64,000 nt of DNA from Patescibacteria group bacterium (GCA_041667185.1 JBAYFM010000005.1:9285-73284), one strand, 5' to 3'. Shown: positions 21,041 through 30,753, numbered from the stretch's first letter. A program made the numbers and translations. Notes: generated from the sequence alone by a model not told the origin.

Positions 21041-22891
21041 TCAAGGACACTTAGTGGCGTAACTGGCGTTCATACAGCCGGTAAAACACTTGCTTCGATC
21101 GGATCCAGCTTTCAACCAGGAGGAAATGCAGACGTTGGAACAATTAGACTTTTCGATCAGGTCGTTAATGGGATCGCAGCCGGCCAAACAGGCGTCATAG
21201 GGCCCCATACTATTATCAATGGCTTCACAGCCAGCTATACACTGATCATAGGCGTCTTGTTTAGCCTCTTCACAGTTCGGAGCTGGCGGCACAGGAGAAG
21301 GAGAAGGCGACGGTACCGGCGCGGGAGTCGGCACGATATCAAGATCGGGCATCGGCACGGGCTGAGGTCGAGGTTTCGGCGCGGGCACGGGCGCCGGCGG
21401 TACGGGATCAGAGTCCGGTTCCGGATCATCGAAAGGCTCCGGATCGACGAGAAGTTTCTTGGGCATCTCCGGGATCAGGAGCGAACCGAAAATGCCGTCC
21501 AGAACGCCGCCGCCTAAATACGTCATCTTTTTGAGAGGACCGTCGATGACAGCCTGTATATCCGCGCGCAGCGGCTGGTCCGGACGGGTTTTATCGATCG
21601 CCAAGAGCAGCCCCAGCACGTCATTCAAAGGACTGAGCCAGCCTGCCTTGGCGTCGTCGAGCGTATTCTCCATGATCTTGATCCCGGTCTTATCGTCCGC
21701 GACGGCTACGCCGACCGCCCACGGGACTTTCCAGCCTTTGACCGCGTCCAGGTCACCACGGACCATCACGTCGACCAGAATGGGCATGCCGACCGCGATC
21801 GCGACCCCGGCCGCGACCGGCAAGCCAGCCGTCGCCACCAGGCCGCCCGCCGCAAGATAGACCGGCAACATGGCGACGTTCATATAAAAACCAGCCGTCT
21901 CGTCCAGCGCGCCGCCGATCGTATTGAGCCAGCCGTTCGTATTCACGATCTTTTGACAGACGATGTCATTAAGCATGAGACCGCTCTGCATCTGGCTATC
22001 CGTATCGCCGATCACCATCGCCGAACAATCGGCTAAAGCGTCGGCCCTGGCGGCGGGTATGATCTCGAATGACGTCTCGTTGAGAGCCAGCATCCCCCGC
22101 TCCTCAAGCAGACCGAGGAAGCCGGCATAGAAAGCGTCGAGCCAAGCGAGATCATCGACGCTGAGGATTACCTTCGCTCCGCCGGCAATCGGCACGGCGA
22201 CCCTGGCCTTGGAATCATCGACGATCGTCGTCACCGCCGCGAACAGCTCTCGCAACGACCGCTCCGACTTCACGAACGACGGCTTGAGCTCCGACAGATC
22301 GGCCGGCAGACCGTCAGCCGCTTTCTTGAGGATGCTCGCACTCATGGCCAAAAACGCCCGGGCAATCTCTCCTTTTCTGATCTTACCGGCATCAGTACCT
22401 TTCAAAAAACTCGGGATCGCCGGCGCATAGATAAAGATGTTCCTGATCTCGTTCGATGTCCGGACTTCCAACTGATTACCGTCATTTTTGACCTGAACCA
22501 CCCGAAAAGAAACCTGATCGGGAGCGAACGCTCCTTTGGCTTTGTCGTACGCGATCGGCGGAACCGCGGCGATGACCTCGGTCGGTGTGACGCGTAGCGC
22601 CGGAATCGTCAGAATCTCGCCAATGTGCGTAGTGTAGATCACCGAAGTCGCAGCCGCTGCATCAAGACCCGCGCCTCTGATGGAAATAACATCGAACGGA
22701 TAGACCCCGTACTTGTCGAACTTGATGGCAATACTGCCATCGGCGGGCTGCTCAATAGTCTGCGACTTCTGATCAGCGACCAGCGACGAATCATGTAATT
22801 TATTCCACAAAAAGAACAGCGCCGGCAGGCCCAGGATGATGACGACCGCTGCCGTGATCCGTGTCGATCTCTTATCAATTCTTATTCTCAT
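21041..22891 (-). CDS. large membrane-anchored hypothetical protein with Pro-rich linker and C-terminal Cys-rich domain
   Basis: N-terminal TM. Mid hydrophobic segment. P-rich linker (PVPPAPVPAPKPRPQP...). Ten Cys in the last 75 aa. No recognisable family. Confidence 0.6.
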   Translation of the reverse strand: MRIRIDKRSTRITAAVVIILGLPALFFLWNKLHDSSLVADQKSQTIEQPADGSIAIKFDKYGVYPFDVISIRGAGLDAAAATSVIYTTHIGEILTIPALRVTPTEVIAAVPPIAYDKAKGAFAPDQVSFRVVQVKNDGNQLEVRTSNEIRNIFIYAPAIPSFLKGTDAGKIRKGEIARAFLAMSASILKKAADGLPADLSELKPSFVKSERSLRELFAAVTTIVDDSKARVAVPIAGGAKVILSVDDLAWLDAFYAGFLGLLEERGMLALNETSFEIIPAARADALADCSAMVIGDTDSQMQSGLMLNDIVCQKIVNTNGWLNTIGGALDETAGFYMNVAMLPVYLAAGGLVATAGLPVAAGVAIAVGMPILVDVMVRGDLDAVKGWKVPWAVGVAVADDKTGIKIMENTLDDAKAGWLSPLNDVLGLLLAIDKTRPDQPLRADIQAVIDGPLKKMTYLGGGVLDGIFGSLLIPEMPKKLLVDPEPFDDPEPDSDPVPPAPVPAPKPRPQPVPMPDLDIVPTPAPVPSPSPSPVPPAPNCEEAKQDAYDQCIAGCEAIDNSMGPYDACLAGCDPINDLIEKSNCSNVCISSWLKAGSDRSKCFTGCMNASYATKCP

Positions 22892-23015
22892 ATCGGCCTC
22901 GTTTTAGGTACGGCCCGCTTAGCGGAGAAAAATGCCCGGCGGGGGCTGAATTTCGCTTTAATTATAGTTCAATTCCAGCCCAAAGTATACGCGCAGCCGC
23001 TCCAACCGACTGACT

Positions 23016-23050
23016 TATCCCCAAAAGGTGTCAGGTACCTTTTGGGGATA
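23016..23050. promoter_or_regulatory. perfect 14-bp inverted repeat (candidate operator) in divergent promoter region
   Basis: TATCCCCAAAAGGT-gtcaggt-ACCTTTTGGGGATA. Confidence 0.45.
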
Positions 23051-23123
23051 ACTTCGAGGCAGAATTGACTGAGAACGGCGGATGCCGCAAACTGACCGCG
23101 TTGTTCTTTCCAGGAGGTTACCC

Positions 23124-23639
23124 ATGATCAGTTCGCCAACGACGCTTCGCGGAGTTCTCCATCTTTGGACCGAAACCGGCACCGAAGGCGGCTACTGGTC
23201 TTTCCAGGACGAGCGCTTCATCACGCCGAACACCACGCGCTTCTCCTGCCGCAAGTGCGGCGCCTGCTGGGACAAGACCAGCCACCCCGCCGTCCCGCCC
23301 GTGGACGATCCAGCCAGCGGCCACCGGACTCTGTTCGGCGATTCGTACTGCGCGCCCGGCGCGCACGACTTCCAGCTGACCTGCGCGGAAGACTGGTCCT
23401 ACGAAGGCCTGCACGTCCTGAAGGACGGCGACAAACTGGTCATCTTCGATAAGACCGACCCTTCCAGAGTACTCTGGTCGGGTACGATCAGTCTGCGCCA
23501 ATATCCGCTCTTCACGGAAGATGCGTCCGGCTACTGGATCCATGCCACCCAAAAAGGCATCGACCGCCAGCAATGGGCGGGATGGTTCTTAAGAGAATAT
23601 CCGGCCGAGCTTACACCCGCGCCGGATACGACGCCCTAG
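23124..23639 (+). CDS. hypothetical protein
   Basis: SD AGGAGG 7 nt upstream of ATG. Cys/Trp-containing. No known motif. Confidence 0.5.
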   Translation: MISSPTTLRGVLHLWTETGTEGGYWSFQDERFITPNTTRFSCRKCGACWDKTSHPAVPPVDDPASGHRTLFGDSYCAPGAHDFQLTCAEDWSYEGLHVLKDGDKLVIFDKTDPSRVLWSGTISLRQYPLFTEDASGYWIHATQKGIDRQQWAGWFLREYPAELTPAPDTTP

Positions 23640-23660
23640 TTCATCAGCTCTTCGGTTCAC

Positions 23661-23691
23661 AACTCCTCCCGACTGGGAGGAGTTTATTTTT
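23661..23691 (+). terminator. rho-independent terminator
   Basis: AACTCCTCCC-gact-GGGAGGAGTT followed by a T-tract. Confidence 0.55.
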
Positions 23692-23756
23692 GGTTGATTT
23701 GACTTTACCGCCGCCTCGGATAACATAGCCGCAGGTTCTTTACATGGGAGATCATC

Positions 23757-24365
23757 ATGGCAGAATCGTTCATCATCGCGATCGCCGGAGGATCCGGATC
23801 CGGAAAATCCACGCTCACCGACAACCTCGCGCACTCGGCGTTGGCTGGCCGCGTTTCCGTCTTGCGACTCGATTATTATTTCCGGCCCGAAAACCGCATA
23901 CCGCTCGCCGCGGACGGCTCGCTCAATTACGACCATCCATCAGCCCTGGATATCCGTCGTTTCGTGCTGGATCTGCGGATACTGCGCCAGGGCCAGCCTG
24001 TCGAAGTGAACATCCAGGATCCGCGAATGGCCCGGATCGAACAGGTGGCGGAAGGCGGAACCAAGCGCATTCCGGCGGCACCCATCATCGTCGTTGACGG
24101 TTTCCTGGCGCTCTGGCCGCCGGCCGCGCGATCGCTATTTGATTTCTCGGTCTTCCTCGACGCTCCTGTCGACCTGAGGCTCAAACGGCGGCTGCCGGTC
24201 CAAAACCGACGCTATCTCGAAGAGGTCTTCCAGCCCATGGAGGCGCGCTACGTGATGCCGACGAAAACTTATGCCGATCTGGTCCTCAACGTCGCCGCGC
24301 TGCCGCCCGATCTCGTCCTCCAGCAGGTGCTGGACGCGCTGCAGCTCCGCCACCGGGAACACTGA
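23757..24365 (+). CDS. udk: uridine kinase / PRK-family nucleoside kinase
   Basis: IAIAGGSGSGKST P-loop. Uridine kinase-like length and motifs. Confidence 0.7.
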   Translation: MAESFIIAIAGGSGSGKSTLTDNLAHSALAGRVSVLRLDYYFRPENRIPLAADGSLNYDHPSALDIRRFVLDLRILRQGQPVEVNIQDPRMARIEQVAEGGTKRIPAAPIIVVDGFLALWPPAARSLFDFSVFLDAPVDLRLKRRLPVQNRRYLEEVFQPMEARYVMPTKTYADLVLNVAALPPDLVLQQVLDALQLRHREH

Positions 24366-24385
24366 CCGCGAACAAAGCTTTCCCA

Positions 24386-24412
24386 AAGCCCGCTACCCGG
24401 GCTTTTTATTTT
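24386..24412 (+). terminator. rho-independent terminator
   Basis: AAGCCCG-cta-CCGGGCTT followed by a T-tract. Confidence 0.5.
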
Positions 24413-24581
24413 TACAGAAAATCATCGCGGCGGGATCGCGCCCGCTTGTTTTCGGCGAAAAACGGGAGTATATTATTCCAGCGCAGCCGCGAGCTCTTTA
24501 CAGCCGACCCGAACGTCTGGTAATAATTATGCGCGCGCTCGGCAAGTATCCAACCGCTCGCCGCCAGATAAAAACCGATCC

Positions 24582-24655
24582 GGGGGAGTAGTTAAATGGT
24601 ATAACTGCGGTCTCCAAAACCGCTATCGTGGGTTCGATTCCTACCTCCCCCGCCA
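24582..24655 (+). tRNA. tRNA-Trp (anticodon CCA), CCA-encoded
   Basis: Cloverleaf GGGGGAG/CTCCCCC acceptor, anticodon loop CTCCAAA, T-loop GGTTCGATTCC. Confidence 0.9.
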
Positions 24656-24660
24656 TCTAA

Positions 24661-24693
24661 AAGCAGCATTCCGATCCAGAATGCTGCTTTTAG
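24661..24693 (+). terminator. rho-independent terminator after tRNA-Trp
   Basis: AAGCAGCATTC-cgatcca-GAATGCTGCTTTT. Confidence 0.55.
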
Positions 24694-24712
24694 TATTCCT
24701 GAAACTCGCTTG

Positions 24713-24743
24713 CCAAAAGCCGCCGGTTTTGGGCCGACGGCTT
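24713..24743 (-). terminator. rho-independent terminator after rpmG
   Basis: Minus-strand GCCGTCGG-cccaaaa-CCGGCGGC followed by TTTTGG. Confidence 0.45.
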
Positions 24744-24747
24744 CCAA

Positions 24748-24903
24748 TTACTTGGTCTCCTTGTGAGGCGCGTGCTTCTTGCACCATTTGCAGAACTTGG
24801 CGAGCTCCAGGCGCTCCTTGAGCTTCTTCTTGTTCTTCTTGGACTGGTAATTGACGCGCTTGCAGGCGGTGCATTCCAGTTTGATGAGTGATTCCTGAGA
24901 CAT
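24748..24903 (-). CDS. rpmG: 50S ribosomal protein L33
   Basis: [27 protein letters not shown]...[14 protein letters not shown]. Start taken at the internal Met. Confidence 0.85.
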   Translation of the reverse strand: MSQESLIKLECTACKRVNYQSKKNKKKLKERLELAKFCKWCKKHAPHKETK

Positions 24904-24965
24904 ATGATCTAATGGATAGTGTTCCGGGAGCTTACCCCCCTTTTCCAAATGTGTCCAGTATTGAG

Positions 24966-25041
24966 TGGAGCCACCTCCCGGGATCGAACCGGGGACCTAC
25001 AGTTTACAAAACTGTTGCTCTACCGGCTGAGCTAAGGTGGC
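24966..25041 (-). tRNA. tRNA-Thr (anticodon TGT)
   Basis: GCCACCTTAGCTCAG... anticodon loop TTTGTAA. T-loop GGTTCGATCC. CCA encoded. Confidence 0.9.
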
Positions 25042-25179
25042 GCAGCTTGCCACCCGAAGCTTCCGCTCCAGACAGCAGTAGTCCCCCTTCGCTGAAGCTT
25101 CCTCCTCCGCTAAAGCCATGGAGAACAAATCAGGTGACACCCTTCGCCTTCTCACTTCTCGGTGTCAGGAAGCGGAGGG
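25042..25179. repeat. structured inter-tRNA spacer, copy 1 of a duplicated ~140-nt spacer
   Basis: Shares CCACCCGAAGCTTCCGCTCC...CCCCCTTCGCTGAA...CAGGAAGCG(A/G)AGGGTGG with spacer 25265-25424. Contains nested hairpins. Confidence 0.5.
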
Positions 25180-25264
25180 TGGTGGGCAGGCTAGGATTCG
25201 AACCTAGGAAGGCATAGCCAGCAGATTTACAGTCTGCCCCGTTTGACCGCTTCGGTACCTGCCC
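25180..25264 (-). tRNA. tRNA-Tyr (anticodon GTA), long variable arm
   Basis: GGGCAGG acceptor. Anticodon loop CTGTAAA. Variable-arm hairpin GGCTATGCC. CCA encoded. Confidence 0.9.
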
Positions 25265-25424
25265 TTGCAGCCCGCCGCCCAAATCCTTGGACAGGAGCTC
25301 CCGCCTCGCGGCGGGTATTGGTTTACCACCCGAAGCTTCCGCTCCGAGCAGCATGTCCCCCTTCGCTGAAACTTCGGGGGACCACCCTTCGCTCTCTCAT
25401 TCTTATGGATCAGGAAGCGAAGGG
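25265..25424. repeat. structured inter-tRNA spacer, copy 2
   Basis: Same architecture as 25042-25179. Confidence 0.5.
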
Positions 25425-25500
25425 TGGAGCCGACGACCGGGATTGAACCGGTGACCTTCTCCTTACCATGGAGATGCTCTACCAGCTGAGCTACGTCGGC
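25425..25500 (-). tRNA. tRNA-Thr (anticodon GGT)
   Basis: GCCGACGTAGCTCAGCTGGTAGAGC... anticodon loop ATGGTAA. CCA encoded. Confidence 0.9.
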
Positions 25501-25555
25501 GTATCGCGTATGATTTTTTGATGAACTTCCTGAGCACACCTTATTAGAGATGCTC

Positions 25556-25686
25556 TACGGCGCAGGTCGGTCCGCGGCAGCGGACTGACATTATAGACTA
25601 AAGCGCCGGTGGGCGCCACTTCTCGCCGTATGCCGCCTGGTCCCTGGGCGCAGCCCAGGGCGGCATACCAGCTGAGCTACGTCGGC
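25556..25686 (-). pseudogene. partial 5' copy of tRNA-Thr(GGT), nt 1-32, split in the D-loop by a 98-bp structured insert
   Basis: Minus strand reads GCCGACGTAGCTCAGCTGGTA, then a 98-nt insert (25568-25665) flanked by TA, then GTAGAGCATCTCT. The ~35-bp upstream region is also duplicated at 25687-25720. Confidence 0.5.
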
Positions 25687-25758
25687 GTATCGCGTATTAT
25701 TTTTTGATGAACTTCCTGGGGTTGTGTACAACTTTTTGACGACCGAGAAATATTATAC

Positions 25759-26664
25759 CTATTTTCCTTTTTTGGGAATTTTTAAGACGGTGCCAACCGG
25801 CATCGCCGCTATCCTGTCGTATAAAGACTGGAGCTTCTGGTTGTCGGGGTTCGCCGCCTTAAGCTGACCGAACACCTCCATCGCCCTGCCTTTATCGCCT
25901 ACCAGTATACACGCCTCTATTAACAAATCAAGATGTTTGGGGTTCGCCGGCTCATGGGCCACCGCGCCCTCAAGCGCCTCCCTGGCCCCGGCCACATCCC
26001 CCATCGCCCGGCAGGCGTTGCTCAGGTCGAAATAACTTTTGGCGATCTCGGCCTGGACGGCCGGCGGCGCCGAACACGGAACGGTCCGGCGATGATGATC
26101 GGCGGCGTGTCCGTGGGCGGATTGATCCTTCACGCTGAGCCGCACCAGAAATTCGAACGTCTCCTTGGCCTGGGAATAATTCTTGGCCTCCAGATAGATC
26201 TGTCCGAGCCCGCGGTAGGCTTCGGCGTTGCGCTGGTCGAGCTTGATAGCCTCCAGATATTTCTTCTCAGCCTCCGGCGTCTTGCCGAGCACCAGGAGTT
26301 CGGACGCCTCGGCGATCAGTTGGGCGGCGGACTCGCGGACTTCGGCCACGGTCGGAGTCGGCGGCACTGTAGCCGGTTCCTGGAATTTCTTCTCGAGCTG
26401 CAGCAGCCGGCGATATTGCGCCCGGAAACCGGCGCGGATCCGGCCGAAGAACGGTCCCACACGATCGCAGAACCGGCGCCAGGAGTCGATCGACATGCGG
26501 CCGACCCGTTCATGGATGATCTCTTTCTTCTTTTTATTCTCGCGCTCCTTGGGCAGCGTCGCTGTGTCGATGAGCGTCAGCTGCGGGAACTTGCGGGCCA
26601 GGATCACGGCAACGCCAAGCAAGCTGCCGATGACGATGCTGAAAGCCACGAGATAGAAAGTCAT
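25759..26664 (-). CDS. membrane-anchored TPR-repeat protein
   Basis: N-terminal TM (MTFYLVAFSIVIGSLLGVAVIL). TPR-like AEAYRGLGQIYLEAKNYSQAKETFEFL repeats. Confidence 0.65.
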   Translation of the reverse strand: MTFYLVAFSIVIGSLLGVAVILARKFPQLTLIDTATLPKERENKKKKEIIHERVGRMSIDSWRRFCDRVGPFFGRIRAGFRAQYRRLLQLEKKFQEPATVPPTPTVAEVRESAAQLIAEASELLVLGKTPEAEKKYLEAIKLDQRNAEAYRGLGQIYLEAKNYSQAKETFEFLVRLSVKDQSAHGHAADHHRRTVPCSAPPAVQAEIAKSYFDLSNACRAMGDVAGAREALEGAVAHEPANPKHLDLLIEACILVGDKGRAMEVFGQLKAANPDNQKLQSLYDRIAAMPVGTVLKIPKKGK

Positions 26665-26672
26665 AAGATTGA

Positions 26673-27449
26673 TCAACCGGCGTCAGCGGCGAGCTCCGCC
26701 ATCTTCACGAACTCCGCGGCCCGAAGCGAGGCGCCGCCGACGAGCGCACCCTGGATGAGATCGACGGCCAGGAAAGCGGCCAGATTCTGGGTGTCGGCCG
26801 AACCGCCGTAGATGATGGAAAAATACTGCTCGACGATGTCGTTCGGCAGGAGGTCGTAAAGAGTTTCCTTGATGAGCCGGTGCATCGACGCGGCGTCGTC
26901 CGGCGCCACGGCCTGGCCAGTGCCGATGACCCAGCGCGGCTCATAGGCGATGATGATCCGCTGCGTGCCCACCGGACGATTGTCCTGCAGTGCGGCCCTG
27001 ACCTGGCCGATGACCACGGAGTCGCGCTTGCCGGCGCGGCGTTCTTCGAGCGTCTCGCCGACGCAAATGACCGGAGTGATGCTGTGCCGCAAGAGAGCCG
27101 CGACCTTCTTCTGGACCATCGCGTCGGTTTCGCCGAGGAAACCGCGGCGCTCCGAATGGCCGACGATGCAGAACTCGCAGCCCAGCTCCTTGAGCGTCGC
27201 GGCGGCGATCTCGCCGGTGAACGCACCCTTATCCTCCCAGAAGACGTCCTGCGCGCCCATGGCGACCGAAGTGCCGTTCACGATCTTGTGGACCGCATCC
27301 AAAGACACGTGCGACGGACAGACCACCACGACCGTGTCGGGCTGGCCCGCGCCCTGGGCGCCCCACAGCTTCACGACCTCGCGCGCCAATTCGACGCTCG
27401 CGGCGGCGTTCAGCTGCATTTTCCAGTTGGCGATCAGGTAGCGCTTCAT
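26673..27449 (-). CDS. tpiA: triosephosphate isomerase
   Basis: ANWKM, GHSERR and GGASL motifs. Confidence 0.9.
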   Translation of the reverse strand: MKRYLIANWKMQLNAAASVELAREVVKLWGAQGAGQPDTVVVVCPSHVSLDAVHKIVNGTSVAMGAQDVFWEDKGAFTGEIAAATLKELGCEFCIVGHSERRGFLGETDAMVQKKVAALLRHSITPVICVGETLEERRAGKRDSVVIGQVRAALQDNRPVGTQRIIIAYEPRWVIGTGQAVAPDDAASMHRLIKETLYDLLPNDIVEQYFSIIYGGSADTQNLAAFLAVDLIQGALVGGASLRAAEFVKMAELAADAG

Positions 27450-28747
27450 AAGAGCTCGGCGTGTTTCGTGAAAGCCGTTCCGTCCTCGTAAGGACCGATG
27501 ATGGCGGTGGTCATGCGCTTGGCGCGGAAGATGTCGGCGGCGACGCGCCGGACTTCGTCTTTCGTGACCGCGGCGATCTTCTTGAGCTTGTCCTCGGGCG
27601 TATCGGTGCGCCGGACCAGGAGCTCCTGCTTGGCGTACCAGTCGGCGAGCTGGCTCGAATCCTCAAGCCCCAGCACCGTGCGGCCCTTGATGTTCTCCTT
27701 GGCGCGGGACAGCTCTTCAGCCGTGACGTCGGAGCTGGCAATCTTGTGGAGTTCCTTGACGATGATATTGAGCGCCTGCTCGAGGCGATCCTTGGCGAGA
27801 CCGGCCTGGATGGCGAGCGTGCCGACATCCTGATACGGATTGGACGCGGAGCGGATGAAATAAGCCAGCCCCTCTTTTTCGCGGACGGTCAGGAACAGGC
27901 GCGAGCTCATGGTGCCGCCGAGGATATTACTCATCACGTTCAGAGCCGCGAGGCGCGGGTGGCCGTACGGATAGGCCGGGAAACCCAGCGCCAGCTGGAC
28001 CTGTTCGGTCTCCTTGGTGAGCAGTCGAACGCGCGGTTTGTTGTAGCAGGTCCGGCCGGCAGCGAAAGGCAGATACGGCTTCGCGGCCTTGCCCGGCTTG
28101 CGGCTCCCCCATTTCTGTCTGATGAGCGCCAGCGCCTCCTCCTCGTCGAACTTGCCGGCGATCGCCACGACCGTGCGTTCCGGCGCGTAGTAGGCGTCGC
28201 GATATTTCACGAGCTCCTCGCGACCGATGCCCATCATGGTCTCGACGGTTCCGGTGATGCGGCGGCCGAGCGGCGTGCCGCAGAAAACCTCCTGCTCCAT
28301 CAGTTCCTCGACGAGCATCAGCGGATTATCCTCGTACATGCGGATCTCCTCGATGATGACCTTGCGTTCGGAATCCAGGTCCTGAGGACGATACAGCGAA
28401 TGATAAACCATGTCCTCGAGCATGTCGGCCGCCAGCTCGAGTTTGTCGGCCTGAAGCTTGATGTAATAGCCGGTGTAATCCTTGCTGGTGAAAGCGTTGT
28501 ATTCCGCGCCGACCGCATCGAGATCGCGCGAAATGGACATGGTGTTGGGGCGGCGTTCCGTACCCTTGAACATCATGTGCTCGATGTAGTGCGAGGCGCC
28601 GGACAAGGCCTCGGTCTCATAACGCGAACCGACCTCATAAAGAGTGAGGACCGTGACCGAAGACACGTCCTTGTGGGGCACCAGGATGACGCGGGTGCCG
28701 TTCGGAAGCTCGATCTTCTTGTAAGCGCTCATAAACGGCGTCAGCAA
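27446..28747 (-). CDS. M16-family zinc peptidase (insulinase-like)
   Basis: [11 protein letters not shown] HxxEH zinc motif. 433 aa. Confidence 0.8.
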   Translation of the reverse strand: MLTPFMSAYKKIELPNGTRVILVPHKDVSSVTVLTLYEVGSRYETEALSGASHYIEHMMFKGTERRPNTMSISRDLDAVGAEYNAFTSKDYTGYYIKLQADKLELAADMLEDMVYHSLYRPQDLDSERKVIIEEIRMYEDNPLMLVEELMEQEVFCGTPLGRRITGTVETMMGIGREELVKYRDAYYAPERTVVAIAGKFDEEEALALIRQKWGSRKPGKAAKPYLPFAAGRTCYNKPRVRLLTKETEQVQLALGFPAYPYGHPRLAALNVMSNILGGTMSSRLFLTVREKEGLAYFIRSASNPYQDVGTLAIQAGLAKDRLEQALNIIVKELHKIASSDVTAEELSRAKENIKGRTVLGLEDSSQLADWYAKQELLVRRTDTPEDKLKKIAAVTKDEVRRVAADIFRAKRMTTAIIGPYEDGTAFTKHAELL

Positions 28748-30120
28748 CCGAGCTTGGAAGCGAGATAAGCCTCGACCTCGGCGATAGCGACGCGCTCCTG
28801 AGCCATGGTGTCGCGATCGCGGACGGTCACTTTCTGGTCGTTCGGGGTCTCGAAATCCACCGTGAGACAGAACGGCGTGCCGATCTCGTCCTGGCGGCGG
28901 TAGCGGCGGCCGATGGAACCGGACTCGTCGTACTGGACGGACCAGCGTTTGGCGAGCTGCGCGCGAAGCTTCTTGCTGATCTCGGCGAGCGGTTCTTTCT
29001 TCGACAGCGGCAGGATCGCGGCCTTGACCGGCGCGAGCGTCGGATGCAACCGCAGCACGACCTCGACCTCCTTGTCAGCTTCGGTGGTCGTCGTGCGGCC
29101 GCCTTCAACCTCGTCGTAAGCGTCGATGAGCAGCGCGAGCACGGCGCGGTCGAGTCCGAGCGACGGTTCGATGACGTATGGCAGATAGCGCTCGTTCGTG
29201 ACATCGTCGCGATAGCTCAGATCCTGGCCGCTCGCCTGCGAATGCTGCTTGAGATCGAAATCCGTCCGATTGGCGCAGCCCCAGAGTTCCGCCCAGCCCC
29301 ACGGGAACTCGTATTCGAGATCCACCGTGCGCTTGGAATAATGCGACAGGTCTTCCTTGGGATGTTCGTAATAGCGGAACTTCTCGCTCTTGCCGCCGAG
29401 TCTCACGAACCAATCCATCATGAAAGCCTTCCAGGTCTCGAACCATTCTTCGTCAGTGCCGGGCTTCACGAAAAATTCCAACTCCATCTGTTCGAACTCG
29501 CGGGTGCGGAAAGTGAAATTGCCGGGCGTGATCTCGTTCCGGAACGCCTTGCCGGTCTGGGCGATGCCGAACGGGATGCGTTTTCGGGAGGTCTGCTGGG
29601 CGTTCAGGAAATTGACGAAGATGCCCTGCGCGGTCTCGGGGCGCAGGTAGACGACCGCGGCCGCGTCCTCGAGCGGGCCCATGAACGTCTTGAACATCAT
29701 GTTGAACTGGCGGATGTCCGTGAGCTCGCTGTCGCACTCTGGGCACCTGATGTCCTTGATCGTCAGCGGTTTCTCGCGGAGGCCTTTCATTTCGCGCGAA
29801 CGAGCCTCGAGCAGATGATCGGCGCGGAAGCGCTTCTTGCAGCCTTTGCAATCCACGAGCGGGTCAGTGAAGCTCTGCAGGTGGCCGGAAGCCTCCCAGA
29901 CTTTCGGCGCCATGAGGATAGCCGAATCCAGCCCGACGACGTCGTCGCGCTCCTGGACCACGGCGCGCCACCAGGCTTGCCGGACGTTATTCTTGAGCAG
30001 GACGCCTAACGGACCGTAGTCGTAAGCCGAACCCAGGCCGCCATAGATCTCGGAGCCGGGAAAAATGAAGCCGCGGCGCTTGGCCAGGGCAACGATCTTC
30101 TCCATTTGCTTCTCTTTCAT
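28741..30120 (-). CDS. glyQS: glycine--tRNA ligase (alpha2 dimeric type)
   Basis: [14 protein letters not shown] and class II motifs. Start set at MKEKQMEK (30120). Upstream extension of the listed ORF is unlikely. Confidence 0.9.
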   Translation of the reverse strand: MKEKQMEKIVALAKRRGFIFPGSEIYGGLGSAYDYGPLGVLLKNNVRQAWWRAVVQERDDVVGLDSAILMAPKVWEASGHLQSFTDPLVDCKGCKKRFRADHLLEARSREMKGLREKPLTIKDIRCPECDSELTDIRQFNMMFKTFMGPLEDAAAVVYLRPETAQGIFVNFLNAQQTSRKRIPFGIAQTGKAFRNEITPGNFTFRTREFEQMELEFFVKPGTDEEWFETWKAFMMDWFVRLGGKSEKFRYYEHPKEDLSHYSKRTVDLEYEFPWGWAELWGCANRTDFDLKQHSQASGQDLSYRDDVTNERYLPYVIEPSLGLDRAVLALLIDAYDEVEGGRTTTTEADKEVEVVLRLHPTLAPVKAAILPLSKKEPLAEISKKLRAQLAKRWSVQYDESGSIGRRYRRQDEIGTPFCLTVDFETPNDQKVTVRDRDTMAQERVAIAEVEAYLASKLGC

Positions 30121-30753
30121 AATAATAAAAACTGCTTTTAACAGGGTCGTGCTGGATAAAAATAGCATAACGGCCGCTGAGTTACAATGAGATCGGCTTG
30201 GCCGGATCGATAGCGCCGTCTTCCCAGCCGCCGCTGCCGCTAGCACCACGGATAAGCTGAAGAGTGTCCCAGGCTCTCCGGGCCTTCGCTGGGTTTAGCC
30301 GAAATATTTTTGGGGACAGTCCCCAAAAAAAAGACTCCGTCACGAGTGTGGCGGGGTCTTGGCAACAAAAAAATCCCGGAAAACGAGCTGGAGATGGAAC
30401 TTGGGTTATTCCGCAAGCGGACTCCCAAGCGACGGCGCTTCCATTGGTTACTGCCAGTCGAAACCGGCTGCTACCGACTTCTGCGCCACCTAGACCTTAG
30501 AGCCGAAGCCCGGCGGTCTAGGTACCCCCTCCATTTCGTTTTCCGGGATCAATTTCAATGAACATAGTAATGTAGCACATCCTTTCAAGATTGTCAAGGG
30601 TTGATGACAATTATTGCTGCGGGCAGACTCAACCGCGCCTTATTTAGCCTTAAAGTAGCCCTTGATAGGCCCTAGTCGGCAAGTTAACAATCTATAACAA
30701 AACGGCCGGCCCCAGACCGACCGCTTGGTTTCTTTGACTATCCGCAACGCTGC

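Noticed and set aside
30308-30332. GGGGACAGTCCCC hairpin as an intrinsic terminator
   Set aside because: The U-tract lies on the 5' side and the A-tract on the 3' side for both strands. That is the wrong polarity for termination in either direction.
30250-30560. SRP RNA or tmRNA between frr and glyQS
   Set aside because: Only loose resemblance (…AGAAGUCGGUAGCAGCC…) to the SRP domain IV motif, and no convincing tRNA-like tmRNA 3' end. It is left as an unassigned structured leader pending a covariance-model search.
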